This document shows, one piece after another, positions 20,177-30,309 of a DNA stretch of 64,000 bases. The DNA is from Candidatus Multivorans sp. (GTDB lineage Bacteria; Acidobacteriota; Thermoanaerobaculia; Multivoradales; Multivoraceae): positions 2,112,001 through 2,176,000 of the forward strand of contig OZ251997.1 of assembly GCA_965247095.1 (NCBI GenBank), given 5' to 3'. The notes under the pieces were generated by a model. That model was not told the DNA's origin. It searched no databases and saw nothing but the letters and a program-made list of their open reading frames with translations. Each line of letters begins with the position of its first letter. Position 1 is the stretch's first letter. Made by a program: the position numbers and the translations under genes.

Positions 20177-20953
20177 CTATCGACCGTAGAGTCGGCGCGT
20201 GTTGTCGCTGACGGCCGATGCCACATCTTCCTCGGCAACGCCCTTCAACTCGGCGATGGCCCGCAGGGAGACCAGGGCGTTCGCCGGTTCGTTGCGCTGA
20301 TCGCGCGTCGGTCCGAGCACCGGACTGTCCGTCTCGAGCAGGAGGCACGTGAGCGGTAGACGCCGCACGAGCTTCTGCTTCTGCGGTGAGCGGACGATGG
20401 ACGGCGGCACGGAGAAGAAGTAGCCCGCCTCGACCGCCGGCTCGGCGCGGACGGCGCGGCCGTCGAAAGCGTGAAGTTGTACCCGCTTCGCTCCCCGTTC
20501 GCGCAGTAGATCGATCGCGTAGTGCCCCGCCGAACGGGAGTGAACGTTGAGCGGCAGGTCGAGCTCGATCGAGAGATCGATGAAGAGGGCGAAGATCTCC
20601 CGCTGGAGCGCCAGCTCCCGTTCGTCTCGCACTTTCCAACGGTCGAGGCCGACTTCGCCGATGGCGGCCAGCCGCGATCGCTCCCGCCGGATCAGGTCGG
20701 CGATTCTCTCCGCCTCGGCCATATCGAGGTGCGTCGGATAGAGGCCCGCTGCCGGGCGGACGATGCCTGCATAGCGCTCCGCCAGCTCCAGGTTCCGCTC
20801 CGCGTCGGCCCGCGTTTCGCCGACCGCGACCACCGCATCGACGCCAACCTCCCGGGCCCGCCTCAGAACCTCGCCGAGGTCGGCTGCGAAGCTCGGGTCG
20901 CACAGGTGGGCGTGACAGTCGGTGAGCCCGGAGAATCCAACCGCCGCGCTCAT
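20177..20953 (-). CDS. tatD: TatD-family nuclease
   Basis: DCHAHL, IGEVGLD, NVHSR, LHAF, LLETDSP, RNEP. Confidence 0.9.
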   Translation of the reverse strand: MSAAVGFSGLTDCHAHLCDPSFAADLGEVLRRAREVGVDAVVAVGETRADAERNLELAERYAGIVRPAAGLYPTHLDMAEAERIADLIRRERSRLAAIGEVGLDRWKVRDERELALQREIFALFIDLSIELDLPLNVHSRSAGHYAIDLLRERGAKRVQLHAFDGRAVRAEPAVEAGYFFSVPPSIVRSPQKQKLVRRLPLTCLLLETDSPVLGPTRDQRNEPANALVSLRAIAELKGVAEEDVASAVSDNTRRLYGR

Positions 20954-21882
20954 CAGGGGCGCACCCCACCAGTCCGGGCGCGGACGGCGCCCAAGCGCTC
21001 CTCCAACTCCTCCGCCGTCTTCGGCCAATCGGACTTCAGCAGCCGCGAAAGAGCCCGATCGGCGAGGAGCCGGCCGCCGGTCTGGCAGCGGGCGCAGTAG
21101 TTGCACTCGTTCCCGGCGTAAACGATGCGCTGCACAGGCGCACCGCAGGCAGGGCACGGCGCCCGGTAGCGGCCGTGGACCGCCATCTCATCGTGAAAGG
21201 CGGTCACCTTGGTTGGAAACCGGCCTCCCGCTTCTGCCCGCAAGCGGTCCGTCCACTCGCCCAGCACTGCCATCGCGGCCCGATACAACTCGTCGATCTG
21301 TTCCCCGCTGAGGCGGGTCGTCCAACGCATCGGCGACAGGCGCGCGCGATGGAGGATCTCGTCCGAGTAGGCGTTACCGATGCCACTGAACAGCCGGGGG
21401 TCGATCAGCGCCCGCTTCAGGGTGTGGTTCTCCGCTACAAGTCGCGCCCGGAACGCCCGCCGGCCGCACTCCAGCACTTCGAGTCCACCCCGGTCCAGCA
21501 TCGCCAGGCCTTCCTCGCCCGCAACGAGGTGCATCGCCGCGCGCCGCTTGCTGCCGGCTTCGGTCAGGAGCAACGTGCCGTGGTCGAAGTCGAACGCGGC
21601 CAGTCCCACCCGGCTCGGCAGCTTGGCCGCGACGCCGCCCCACCGGAAGCGGCCAGCGATCATCAGGTGAATGGCCAGGAACAGCTCGCCCTCCAGGCAG
21701 AGCACGATCCTCTTGCCGACCCGCCGCACCCCAAGGACGGCGCGCCCCTCCGCCTCGGACAGCGGGGGCCGCACGGAGCGCAGCAGGAAGGGACTGCGCA
21801 GGCGAATGCCCGTCAGCTCACGGCCTGCGACCCGCTGCTCGATCGCCTCGCGGTAGACGACGACGTCAGGCAGTTCCGGCAT
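20953..21882 (-). CDS. Fpg/Nei-family DNA glycosylase
   Basis: N-terminal PELPD, RRVGK, HLMIAG, H2TH GIGNAYSDEIL, CPAC...CARCQ zinc finger. Confidence 0.92.
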   Translation of the reverse strand: MPELPDVVVYREAIEQRVAGRELTGIRLRSPFLLRSVRPPLSEAEGRAVLGVRRVGKRIVLCLEGELFLAIHLMIAGRFRWGGVAAKLPSRVGLAAFDFDHGTLLLTEAGSKRRAAMHLVAGEEGLAMLDRGGLEVLECGRRAFRARLVAENHTLKRALIDPRLFSGIGNAYSDEILHRARLSPMRWTTRLSGEQIDELYRAAMAVLGEWTDRLRAEAGGRFPTKVTAFHDEMAVHGRYRAPCPACGAPVQRIVYAGNECNYCARCQTGGRLLADRALSRLLKSDWPKTAEELEERLGAVRARTGGVRP

Positions 21883-21915
21883 CCGACTGCTAGCGGATCG
21901 TGCCGATGGGCGGCT

Positions 21916-22713
21916 TCACGGTGCGCCACCGGCCAACGTTCGCCGCAGAGCGCGCGACTCGGCAAGCAGCTCCCGAGCGGCGGCGAGAACCGCGCCATCG
22001 CCCGCTCCAAGCGGCACAGCCGCTTCGGCCGACGAAACCCGAACCGCGAGATCCGTGGCCTGGTCGTCCGGATCGCCCAAGCCGGCGTCCCGACTCTGCC
22101 GCAGCGAAGCCAGGAGAAGATCCCGCACCTGCTCCGCGTTGTCCAGTCCTTGCAGAAGGCCGCGGCTCAGAGCGTCGTCGTCGTCGTCCGACCCGGCGCC
22201 GCTGGCGGTACGGATCTCCAGGTCGGCGATACCGAACAGCCGCTGCAGGGGACCACGTTTCACCGCCATGTTCTGGATGTTCACTACCGTCATCGTCTGC
22301 TCGCGGACGCTGTAGATGCCGTAGCGGATACGAAGCGCGCGGTCGCTGACCATGTACCAGCGCATCTCGTAGCCCAGCCGGAGCACGAAGTAGGAAGCCG
22401 GCAACTGAACGAAGAACAGAACGATCAGAAGCGGCCCCGCCGCGGCAGTGAATCGCGACCACGGCCCGAACTCGATGAACTCGAATCCGATCGTCGACGC
22501 GATCAGACCGAAGAGGGCGGCCGTCTGCCCAAGTCCCCACTTCAACAAGCTGTACCGAAAGAACCGCGGCGAAGCCCGGAACACCCGCAGCGACTCCGGC
22601 GATCCCGGCGGCGGCTCGGGATGCTCTTCTACCTGAAACACTCGCAGCAGCAGACGTTTCAGGCCAGATTGCGCCCGACCGCCGTCGTCGCCGCCTTCCA
22701 GCCCCTCCCTCAT
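21916..22713 (-). CDS. Membrane protein with bacterial PH (bPH_2/YdbS-like) domain
   Basis: Two TM helices then WYMVSDRALRIRYG...IQNMAVKRGPLQRLFGIADLEIRTAS. Confidence 0.8.
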   Translation of the reverse strand: MREGLEGGDDGGRAQSGLKRLLLRVFQVEEHPEPPPGSPESLRVFRASPRFFRYSLLKWGLGQTAALFGLIASTIGFEFIEFGPWSRFTAAAGPLLIVLFFVQLPASYFVLRLGYEMRWYMVSDRALRIRYGIYSVREQTMTVVNIQNMAVKRGPLQRLFGIADLEIRTASGAGSDDDDDALSRGLLQGLDNAEQVRDLLLASLRQSRDAGLGDPDDQATDLAVRVSSAEAAVPLGAGDGAVLAAARELLAESRALRRTLAGGAP

Positions 22714-22730
22714 GGCGTCTCCACGATCCC

Positions 22731-23306
22731 TCAATCCGAACTCCGCTGTTCCAGCTCGGCCCGGATCGCGGCCATTTCTCGAGCGATCTCCCGCAGCGTC
22801 GATGCCAGGGCGGCCGAGTCATCCGCAGCCACCTGCGCTGGGGCCGCGGTAGCCGCCGCGCCGGCACGCGCGCCGCGCATCCGGCTGTACATGAAGTTGC
22901 GAACCGCCGACAACTCCAACACGCCCTCGACCTTCATTTCCGCCTTGGCCGAACCGCTCGCGGTCTGAACCAGCAGACGCGAAAGGCCCAACCACCGCTC
23001 GACGGCGTTGCTCTGTACGTGGATGTCCTGGATGCGGCTGTAGGTGAGGCTGATCTCGCGCTTGAACAGCGCGCCCCAACTCATCGTCACGCCTTCGTCG
23101 TCAAAGCGGTAGTTGAGCGTGCGGTAGCGAAGGAACAGAAAGGCGAAGACGAAGGGAAACGCGGGACCGGTGATCAGGGAGAACAGCACGTAGTACCGGA
23201 GCAGCTTGGGGTGGGGGCGGCGGAGCGCCCGCACCCGGTCTTCGGCGCTGTTCTCGGGCGGCGCGTCCGCTCTCCCGGCCAAACCGTTCCGGGTATCGCT
23301 CGTCAA
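22731..23306 (-). CDS. Membrane protein with bacterial PH (bPH_2/YdbS-like) domain
   Basis: YRFDDEGVTMSWG...YSRIQDIHV...ERWLGLSRLLVQTASG; TTG start overlaps rocD stop. Confidence 0.82.
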   Translation of the reverse strand: MTSDTRNGLAGRADAPPENSAEDRVRALRRPHPKLLRYYVLFSLITGPAFPFVFAFLFLRYRTLNYRFDDEGVTMSWGALFKREISLTYSRIQDIHVQSNAVERWLGLSRLLVQTASGSAKAEMKVEGVLELSAVRNFMYSRMRGARAGAAATAAPAQVAADDSAALASTLREIAREMAAIRAELEQRSSD

Positions 23307-24499
23307 GCCGTCAACACCTTCTCGATCCGGTCCAACGCCCAGTCCAGCTCGTCCTGCGCAATCACCAGGGGCGGCGCGAAGCGGATCACGTGGTCATGGG
23401 TTTCCTTGCACAGCAGGCCCTGCTCGGCCAAACGCTCACAATAGCGCCGCGCGCCGCCGGCCGATTCGTGGAGTTCGATGCCGATCCACAAGCCGCGGCC
23501 CCTGACCTCGCGAACGCAGGACGCCTCAACGCCGCGCAGCCGCCGCAGCGCGCGCGCGCCGAGGCGGGCCGAGTTCTCAACCAGCCGCTCCTCCCGCAGC
23601 ACCGCGAGAGCCGCGCGCGCCACCGCCGCTCCAACCGGATTGCCGCCGTAGGTCGAACCGTGGTCGCCGGGCCTGAACACATCCATGATCTCGGCATCCG
23701 CGACCACCACCGACACCGGGTACAGGCCGCCCGACAGGGCCTTCCCCAGGAGCATCACGTCCGGGCGGACACCGTCATGCTCGCACGCGAACATCGTGCC
23801 CGTGCGGCCCAGGCCCGACTGGATCTCATCGGCAATCAGGAGTGTGTTCCTCTCGTGGCAGACCTCTCGCAGCTCGGCCAGGAAACCGTCCGGAGGGACG
23901 ATGATCCCGCCCTCGCCCTGAATCGGCTCGACGAGCACAGCCGCCGTGTTCGGACCGACCGCCGCCCGCGCCGCGGACCCGTCGCCGAACGGCAACAGCT
24001 CGAAACCCGGCGTGAAGGGGCCGAACCCGTCGCGGTACTGCTCTTCGCTCGAGAAGCCGACGATCGTCGTCGTGCGGCCGTGGAAGTTGTTGCCGAAGGC
24101 GAGGATCTCCGCCTTGCCCGGCTCCACGCCCTTCTTCGTGTAGGCCCACTTCCGCGCCAGCTTGATCGCGGTCTCCACCGCCTCGGCGCCCGTGTTCATC
24201 GGCAGCGCGCGCTCGAATCCAGTCAGCTCGCAGACATCGCGGAAGAAAGCACCAAGCTCTGCGTTGCGGAAGGCCCGCGAAGTGACCGCCACCTTACGGC
24301 TCTGCCTGATCAGAGCCTCCACTATCCGCGGGTGGCAATGACCCTGGTTGACCGCGGAATAGGCCGCGAGACAGTCGAGGTAGCGCCGACCCTCGATGTC
24401 CCAGACCCAGACGCCTTCGGCGCGGTCGATGACGATGTCGAGCGGCGCATAGTTCCGCGCGCCGTACCGTTCCTCTAGCTCTAGTTCCCTCGGCTTCAT
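23303..24499 (-). CDS. rocD: Ornithine--oxo-acid aminotransferase
   Basis: AYSAVNQGHCHP, MNTGAEAVETAIK, NFHGRT, EPIQGEGG, DEIQSGLGRTG, GKALSGG, HGSTYGGNP. Confidence 0.95.
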   Translation of the reverse strand: MKPRELELEERYGARNYAPLDIVIDRAEGVWVWDIEGRRYLDCLAAYSAVNQGHCHPRIVEALIRQSRKVAVTSRAFRNAELGAFFRDVCELTGFERALPMNTGAEAVETAIKLARKWAYTKKGVEPGKAEILAFGNNFHGRTTTIVGFSSEEQYRDGFGPFTPGFELLPFGDGSAARAAVGPNTAAVLVEPIQGEGGIIVPPDGFLAELREVCHERNTLLIADEIQSGLGRTGTMFACEHDGVRPDVMLLGKALSGGLYPVSVVVADAEIMDVFRPGDHGSTYGGNPVGAAVARAALAVLREERLVENSARLGARALRRLRGVEASCVREVRGRGLWIGIELHESAGGARRYCERLAEQGLLCKETHDHVIRFAPPLVIAQDELDWALDRIEKVLTA

Positions 24500-24562
24500 G
24501 GCAACTCCGCGCGCAGCCCCGCTGCCCGGCGCGGGGCGACCCCTCTGAAGTCCGTTCGACGA

Positions 24563-26446
24563 TCAGAAGTCGATCGAGATGCCGGCGTTCAGGTAAACCG
24601 GACTCCGGCCCAGTGCAAGCTCAGGCGCCTCGGCGCCGTCGACGCCACTGATCGTAGCCGCACCGGCCTCCATGGTCGAATCCAGCCACATCGCGCCGAG
24701 GTAGAACCCGACCGGGCAATCCTGCTTGAACGGAATCTTGAGCCCCAGGTTCGCGCCCACAACCGTTTCGCCTCGCCATTCCGGCTGATAGGTCGCGTCG
24801 AGCGGCATCCCCTTCATCTCCACCGCGCTGAGCGACGGCGAGCTGTAGTCGAAACGGCCGACCATCGGTCCGACCCAGAAATCGATCCGACTGCCGGGCC
24901 GTGTCAGGTGGAAGTTCAGACCGGCGTACAAGAGGTTCGTCTCCACGTCGACGTCGTCGTGACCCCAGAGGTCGCGCACGTCGTACTCCCAGAACGTCTC
25001 GCAGCGACCGAAGTTGGCGCCGAACATCAGGCCGAGCCGGTAGTTCAGCTTGTACTCGGCGCCCACACCGAAGCCGACGCCGGCCTGACAGGCCTTGATC
25101 TTCTGGCGGGCCGAGCCGCCGAGCACGTCGAACTGGGTGTCCTCGCCGCTGATGTTGTTCACCGCCGTGAACAGGGTCCAGCGCTTGTCCACCTTGATCG
25201 AGGCGGAGCTCTCCGTGCTGCCGCCAGCGTTCTCGACCTTGGCGGTATGCGTGAAGACGCCGTCGTCCTTGTGGACGACCTCTCTCGTGTAGGGAGCTTC
25301 GAGCGGTTCGCCGTCCAGAGTGACCGTCACCGGGGCGCCGTTGCCGTTGTTCGGCGCCACCGTGACGACGGCAGGCTGACCGACCAGCACGCGGTCCGGC
25401 GCAATCGAGGTCGTGCTCGTCGGCGCCACCTTCATCCCGGCCGAGCACTGGGCGCTCTGGCCGGTGTTCGTTTCGACCGTCACCATGTGCGTGAACGCAT
25501 CCGCGCCCTCGTGCGTCATCTCCTTCGTGTACGGGGAGGCGAGCGGCTGACCGTCGAGGAGAACCCGAGCCACCTCGGCGCCGTGACCGGCCTTCGGCGC
25601 CACGGTCAACACGGACGATTGCCCCAGTTCGACCGCGGCCGGCGAGGCGGCGACGCTGCAGCTCGGGCAGCCGACTGCGATCGCTCTGCTCACGGAGTCC
25701 TCGAGCGGGTCGCCGCGCGACGACATCGCGGTGCATGTCGCGGTGACCGTGTAGTCGCCCTCGGTCGTGAACGGGAAGGACCCGCCACCGGCGCCCGCTG
25801 CCCTTTCGCTGCCGTCCGGCAGCTTGACGGTCACCGAAGCGTTGCCGTCGCTGCACGAACTCTGGAAGTCGAAGGTCTTGTCCGTGCAGGAGAGGCCTCC
25901 GATGTCGAGGTCGAGTGTGACCTTGGGCAACGGCTGCTCCGCCAGGAGCGCCAGGTTGCCGCACGATTTGGGCACGATCATCGAGTACCAGCGCCCGTTC
26001 GAGTTGAAGCGGATCTCCCAGGCCGCGAAGGCCTCGTTGCCAGCCCAGCAGACATTCGTACCGACGCTCGGCGTTTGGCCACCATCGCGGAAGAACATCC
26101 AGGGGAGTCGCTGACCGGGCTCGAACGCGGTCGAGGAGACTCCCTCCCAAGCGGCAACGGCGGCGAACAGGTCGTCCGGATCACCCGACCAGTTCGCCTC
26201 GCCAAGTAGCGAAACGATCTCATCGCGGTGGTTCACGAACATCGCCTGCAGCGACTCCTGGTCCTCTACCGGCGGCGTGAACCGGTTGGCGCCGCCGAAT
26301 CGGTTAACCGAGAGCGCACCCTCGCACTGCTGAGCAGCGGCGGGCGTGGCGGCCAGAATCAGGCCTCCCAGCACGAACAGGATCGGGATCAGCCGCAGCG
26401 AAGTTGGGGCGGCGATGCTACTAGCGAGCGAACGGAACCGGGACAT
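24563..26446 (-). CDS. Secreted/outer-membrane protein: N-terminal domain, Ig-like repeats, C-terminal OmpW/OmpA-type barrel
   Basis: Signal peptide (AAA-QQ), two similar ~80-aa repeats (V.LDG.PL..PY), amphipathic strands (LYAGLNFHL, FWVGPMVG), C-terminal GISIDF. Confidence 0.7.
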   Translation of the reverse strand: MSRFRSLASSIAAPTSLRLIPILFVLGGLILAATPAAAQQCEGALSVNRFGGANRFTPPVEDQESLQAMFVNHRDEIVSLLGEANWSGDPDDLFAAVAAWEGVSSTAFEPGQRLPWMFFRDGGQTPSVGTNVCWAGNEAFAAWEIRFNSNGRWYSMIVPKSCGNLALLAEQPLPKVTLDLDIGGLSCTDKTFDFQSSCSDGNASVTVKLPDGSERAAGAGGGSFPFTTEGDYTVTATCTAMSSRGDPLEDSVSRAIAVGCPSCSVAASPAAVELGQSSVLTVAPKAGHGAEVARVLLDGQPLASPYTKEMTHEGADAFTHMVTVETNTGQSAQCSAGMKVAPTSTTSIAPDRVLVGQPAVVTVAPNNGNGAPVTVTLDGEPLEAPYTREVVHKDDGVFTHTAKVENAGGSTESSASIKVDKRWTLFTAVNNISGEDTQFDVLGGSARQKIKACQAGVGFGVGAEYKLNYRLGLMFGANFGRCETFWEYDVRDLWGHDDVDVETNLLYAGLNFHLTRPGSRIDFWVGPMVGRFDYSSPSLSAVEMKGMPLDATYQPEWRGETVVGANLGLKIPFKQDCPVGFYLGAMWLDSTMEAGAATISGVDGAEAPELALGRSPVYLNAGISIDF

Positions 26447-26672
26447 GTCTTCCTCTCCTTGGGTTTCCCAGCCGCGGTCCGCATGAGCGAGCGGGCCGGA
26501 GCGGCGTATGTCTAATCATGTCAACGCTTAGCAGCGTTGACAAATGCCGGCGACCGGCCGTGGCGCATCCTTGAACGGCGCCAGCAAGTGCGGCGCTATG
26601 ATACCCGACCGATCCGCCATCCCCGACACCAAAACGCAAGCCGCGTTTGCGGTGCGCGAAGGCGAGGAACGA

Positions 26673-28100
26673 GTGCACGAGAACCTCGAAAGCCGGCCCC
26701 TCGGGAGCAGTGAACGACCGCTCCGCGTCGCCGTGATCGGCTCCGGTCCGAGCGGCTTCTACGCGATCGCCGCGCTGTTCAAGGCGGACGGCGTGGAGGC
26801 GGACGTAGACCTGTTCGACCGCCTGCCTACCCCGTTCGGTCTGGTGCGCGGCGGCGTCGCTCCCGATCATCAGAAGATCAAGAACGTGATCCGGGTCTAC
26901 AACCGCACAGCGCAGCATGAGCGTTTCCGCTTCTTCGGCAACGTGGAGCTCGGCCCCGATATTTCGGTTGACGATCTTCGCCGGCACTACGACCACATCG
27001 TCTACGCCACCGGCAACGAATCGGACCGCAAGATGGGGATTCCGGGTGAAGACCTTCCGGGCGTCCACTCGGCGACCGAGTTCGTCGGCTGGTACAACGG
27101 ACATCCCAACTTCCAGGACCGTAGCTTCGATCTCGCCGCGGCCCGCCGCATCGCAGTGGTCGGCAACGGCAACGTGGCAATGGACGTCACCCGCGTGCTG
27201 GCGCGGAGCACTGACGAACTCGCTCCGACAGATATCACCGCCGAGTCGCTCGCCGTGCTTCGTCAAAGTGCGGTCGAAGAGGTCGTGCTGCTCGGCCGCC
27301 GGGGCCCCGCGCAGGCAGCGTTCTCGCCCCAGGAGATCAAGGAGATCGGTTCGCTCGAGGGCGTCAGTCTGCTGGTGTCGGAAGAGGAGATGAACCTCGA
27401 CGAGATCAGCCGCACCTGGTTGGAAGAGGCGGCAGCGCGCAGCGCCCAACGGAATGTCGCCTATCTCACCGAGGTCGCCGGCGCGGAAGCCGGCGACCGT
27501 GAACGCAGGGTCAGTTGCCGCTTCCTGGTCTCTCCCATTGAGTTGATCGGAGACAGCGAGGGCCACGTGCGTCAGGTCGTCATCGAGAAGAACGAGCTCT
27601 ACGCCGCGGACGACGGCACGCCACGTCCCCGCGGCACCGGCGAAACCGAAACCCTGGATGTCGACCTGGTGTTCAAGGCAGTCGGCTACCGCGGCGTCCC
27701 CCTGCCCGGCGTCCCCTTCCACGAACGCTGGGGCATCCTGCCGAACGACGAGGGCCGGCTGCAGACCAAGCAGGACGGCGAGGTCGTTCCGGGCCAGTAC
27801 GTCGTCGGCTGGGCCAAGCGCGGCCCGACCGGGCTGATCGGCACGAACAGCCCCGATTCGACCGCCACGGTCAAGAAGATGATCGAGGACATCCACGGCG
27901 TGACCGCCTCGGCCGACCCCGCCAAGGCGACCGGGAAGATCGTCGAGTTACTCCAAGAACGCGGCGTCGACTTCGTCACCTTCGACGACTGGAACCGCCT
28001 CGACGAGGACGAGGTCCGTCTGGGCGAGGCTCAGAACAAGGTGCGCGAGAAATACACCAACGTGGAGTCGATGATGGCGGCTATAGGTCGCCTCCGGTGA
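26673..28100 (+). CDS. Ferredoxin-NADP+ reductase, adrenodoxin-reductase/FprA type
   Basis: VIGSGPSGFY, PFGLVRGGVAPDH, FVGWYNGHP, GNGNVAMDV, GWAKRGPTGLIG. Confidence 0.92.
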   Translation: MHENLESRPLGSSERPLRVAVIGSGPSGFYAIAALFKADGVEADVDLFDRLPTPFGLVRGGVAPDHQKIKNVIRVYNRTAQHERFRFFGNVELGPDISVDDLRRHYDHIVYATGNESDRKMGIPGEDLPGVHSATEFVGWYNGHPNFQDRSFDLAAARRIAVVGNGNVAMDVTRVLARSTDELAPTDITAESLAVLRQSAVEEVVLLGRRGPAQAAFSPQEIKEIGSLEGVSLLVSEEEMNLDEISRTWLEEAAARSAQRNVAYLTEVAGAEAGDRERRVSCRFLVSPIELIGDSEGHVRQVVIEKNELYAADDGTPRPRGTGETETLDVDLVFKAVGYRGVPLPGVPFHERWGILPNDEGRLQTKQDGEVVPGQYVVGWAKRGPTGLIGTNSPDSTATVKKMIEDIHGVTASADPAKATGKIVELLQERGVDFVTFDDWNRLDEDEVRLGEAQNKVREKYTNVESMMAAIGRLR

Positions 28101-28129
28101 TCCCTGGAGGCAGTCTTTGTCGAGTCGAT

Positions 28130-28152
28130 GGAGGCGACCTTAGGTCGCCTCC
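28130..28152. terminator. Perfect inverted repeat between convergent genes (candidate bidirectional terminator)
   Basis: GGAGGCGACCT-T-AGGTCGCCTCC; no U-tract. Confidence 0.45.
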
Positions 28153-28161
28153 GGTGACCCC

Positions 28162-29787
28162 TCAGCCCATGTGGAGATACCGGTAGTCCGTCGGCGGCAC
28201 GAAGGTCTCCTTGACGGCGCGCTGGGAGGTCCAGCGCATCAGGTTGGCCATGGAGCCGGCCTTGTCGTTGGTGCCCGAGGCGCGGGCGCCGCCGAAGGGC
28301 TGCTGACCGACCACGGCGCCGGTCGGCTTGTCGTTGATGTAGAAGTTGCCGGCGGCGTGCCGCAGCGCGGCGCCGATGCTGCCGACCGCCGCGCGGTCGC
28401 GGGCGAACACGGCGCCGGTGAGCGCGTACGGGCTCGTCGTGTCGCAGAGTTCCAGTGCGTCCTCGAGCGCGCCGTCCTCGTAGACGTAGACCGTCAGGAC
28501 CGGGCCGAAGATCTCCTCGCTCATCAGACGCGACCGCGGGTCCTCGCTGCGGACGACCGTCGGCTCCACGAAGTAGCCGACCGAGTCGTCCCGGCCGCCG
28601 CCGGAGACCACCTCGTAGGACGCGCCGTCGGCCGCCTCGGCGAGGTAGCCCGAGATGTTGTTGAACGAAGAGCGGTCGATGACCGCGGCCATGAAGTTCG
28701 AGAAGTCGACCGGCGAGCCCATCTTCACCGTCGCCAGTTCGTCGCACAGCCGCTCACGCACCTCACCCCAGAGCGACGCCGGAACGTAGGCCCGCGACGC
28801 CGCGGAACACTTCTGCCCCTGGTACTCGAAAGAGCCGCGAATCAGCGCCGTGCTCAGAGCCGCCGCATCGGCCGAGGGATGAGCGAAGACGAAGTCCTTG
28901 CCGCCCGTCTCGCCGACGATCCGAGGGTACGTTGCGTAGTGCTCGATCCGGTCGCCGATCGTCCCCCACATGCGCTGGAAGACCGGCGTCGAACCCGTGA
29001 AGTGGATGCCCGCCAGATGCCGGCTGGCCAGCACCGGATCGCCCACCGTGGCGCCCGGACCCGGCACGAAGTTGATCACTCCCGGCGGCAGACCGGCCTC
29101 CTCGAGCAGCTTGACCACGTAGTAGCCGGACAGCAGGGCCGTGGACGCGGGCTTCCACAGCACGGTGTTGCCCATGATCGCCGCCGAGGTCGGCAGGTTG
29201 CCCGCGATCGCCGTGAAGTTGAACGGCGTCACCGCGAACACGAAGCCCTCGAGCGCCCGGTACTCGACGTAGTTCCAGATCCCAGGCGACGACACCGGCT
29301 GCTGGCCGTAGAGCTCCTCCGCAAAAGCAACGTTGAAGCGCAGAAAGTCGACGAGTTCACAGGCGGCGTCGATCTCGGCCTGGTAGCACGTCTTCGATTG
29401 GTTCAGCATGGTGGCGGCATTCAACGTTTGCCGCCAGGGGCCGGCGAGGAGATCGGCGGCCCGAAGGAAGACGGCAGCCCGCTGCTCGAACGGCATCTCC
29501 GACCACTCCGGCCAGGCCTTCTGGGAGGCCGCAACGGCCGCCTCGACTTCGGCGGCGCCGGCCTGGTGACCTGTGGCCAGGACATGACCATGATCGTGAG
29601 GACAAACGACATCCTGCGTACGGCCGGTGTGCACTTCGCGGCCACCGATCAGGACCGGGATCTCGACCTGCTCGCCGAGCATCCGGTCCAACCGCGCCTC
29701 GAGAGCTGCGCGCTCGGCCGATCCGGGCGCATAGTCGAGCACGGGTTCGTTACGGGGTGCGGGTACTTTCAACGTGCCGTTCGGCAT
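28162..29787 (-). CDS. pruA: L-glutamate gamma-semialdehyde (P5C) dehydrogenase
   Basis: NEPVLDYAPGS, AEIDAACEL, PFNFTAI, GETGGKDF, FEYQGQKCSA, YINDKPTGAVVGQQPFGG. Confidence 0.95.
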   Translation of the reverse strand: MPNGTLKVPAPRNEPVLDYAPGSAERAALEARLDRMLGEQVEIPVLIGGREVHTGRTQDVVCPHDHGHVLATGHQAGAAEVEAAVAASQKAWPEWSEMPFEQRAAVFLRAADLLAGPWRQTLNAATMLNQSKTCYQAEIDAACELVDFLRFNVAFAEELYGQQPVSSPGIWNYVEYRALEGFVFAVTPFNFTAIAGNLPTSAAIMGNTVLWKPASTALLSGYYVVKLLEEAGLPPGVINFVPGPGATVGDPVLASRHLAGIHFTGSTPVFQRMWGTIGDRIEHYATYPRIVGETGGKDFVFAHPSADAAALSTALIRGSFEYQGQKCSAASRAYVPASLWGEVRERLCDELATVKMGSPVDFSNFMAAVIDRSSFNNISGYLAEAADGASYEVVSGGGRDDSVGYFVEPTVVRSEDPRSRLMSEEIFGPVLTVYVYEDGALEDALELCDTTSPYALTGAVFARDRAAVGSIGAALRHAAGNFYINDKPTGAVVGQQPFGGARASGTNDKAGSMANLMRWTSQRAVKETFVPPTDYRYLHMG

Positions 29788-29878
29788 TTCGTGGTCTCCT
29801 GGAGAGTTTGCCGGCTGCTCTGTCGCAGCGGACGCGCACCTTAGCCGCGTAGCGGGCCGCGGCCGCGTCTGCGTCCGG

Positions 29879-30259
29879 TCAGAACCCTGCTGACGTCGTC
29901 GAACTTCCCACCATTCGCCATGCGAAGACGAGAATGCCCACGATCAGCACCGTGCCGCCGACCGGCGTGATGGCGCCAAACCATCGGGGACCGCCGAGCG
30001 CGATCACCGCCACCGTACCCGAGAAGATCAGAGAACCGGCGAACAGCAACCAGCCGGCGAGACGCAGATCAACGGTCGACCCACGCCCGGCAAGGCCCAG
30101 AAGGCACACCACCACTCCGCCGTACATGAAGTAGCGGGCGGCTGTCTCCCATTGCGCCAGGTGCTCGGCGTCGAGAGCGGCGCGCAGGCCGTGGGCGCCG
30201 AAAGCCCCGGCGCCGACCGAGGCCGCGCACATCAACAACCCGACAACCAACCAGTTCAT
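29879..30259 (-). CDS. DUF423 (YgdD/TMEM256) membrane protein
   Basis: GAFGAHGL, WETAARY, IFSGT, GAITPVGG. Confidence 0.9.
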   Translation of the reverse strand: MNWLVVGLLMCAASVGAGAFGAHGLRAALDAEHLAQWETAARYFMYGGVVVCLLGLAGRGSTVDLRLAGWLLFAGSLIFSGTVAVIALGGPRWFGAITPVGGTVLIVGILVFAWRMVGSSTTSAGF

Positions 30260-30309
30260 TGTCATCCGTGGGCTCAGTTCATCGTTTCCCGTGGGCTATC
30301 GTAGCAACC

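Noticed and set aside
21862-21882. Fpg N-terminus PELPD instead of PELPE
   Set aside because: Catalytic Pro2/Glu3 retained; common subfamily variant
23303-29787. rocD and pruA proximity as a novel pathway
   Set aside because: Ordinary ornithine-to-glutamate catabolism; the genes are separated by unrelated loci
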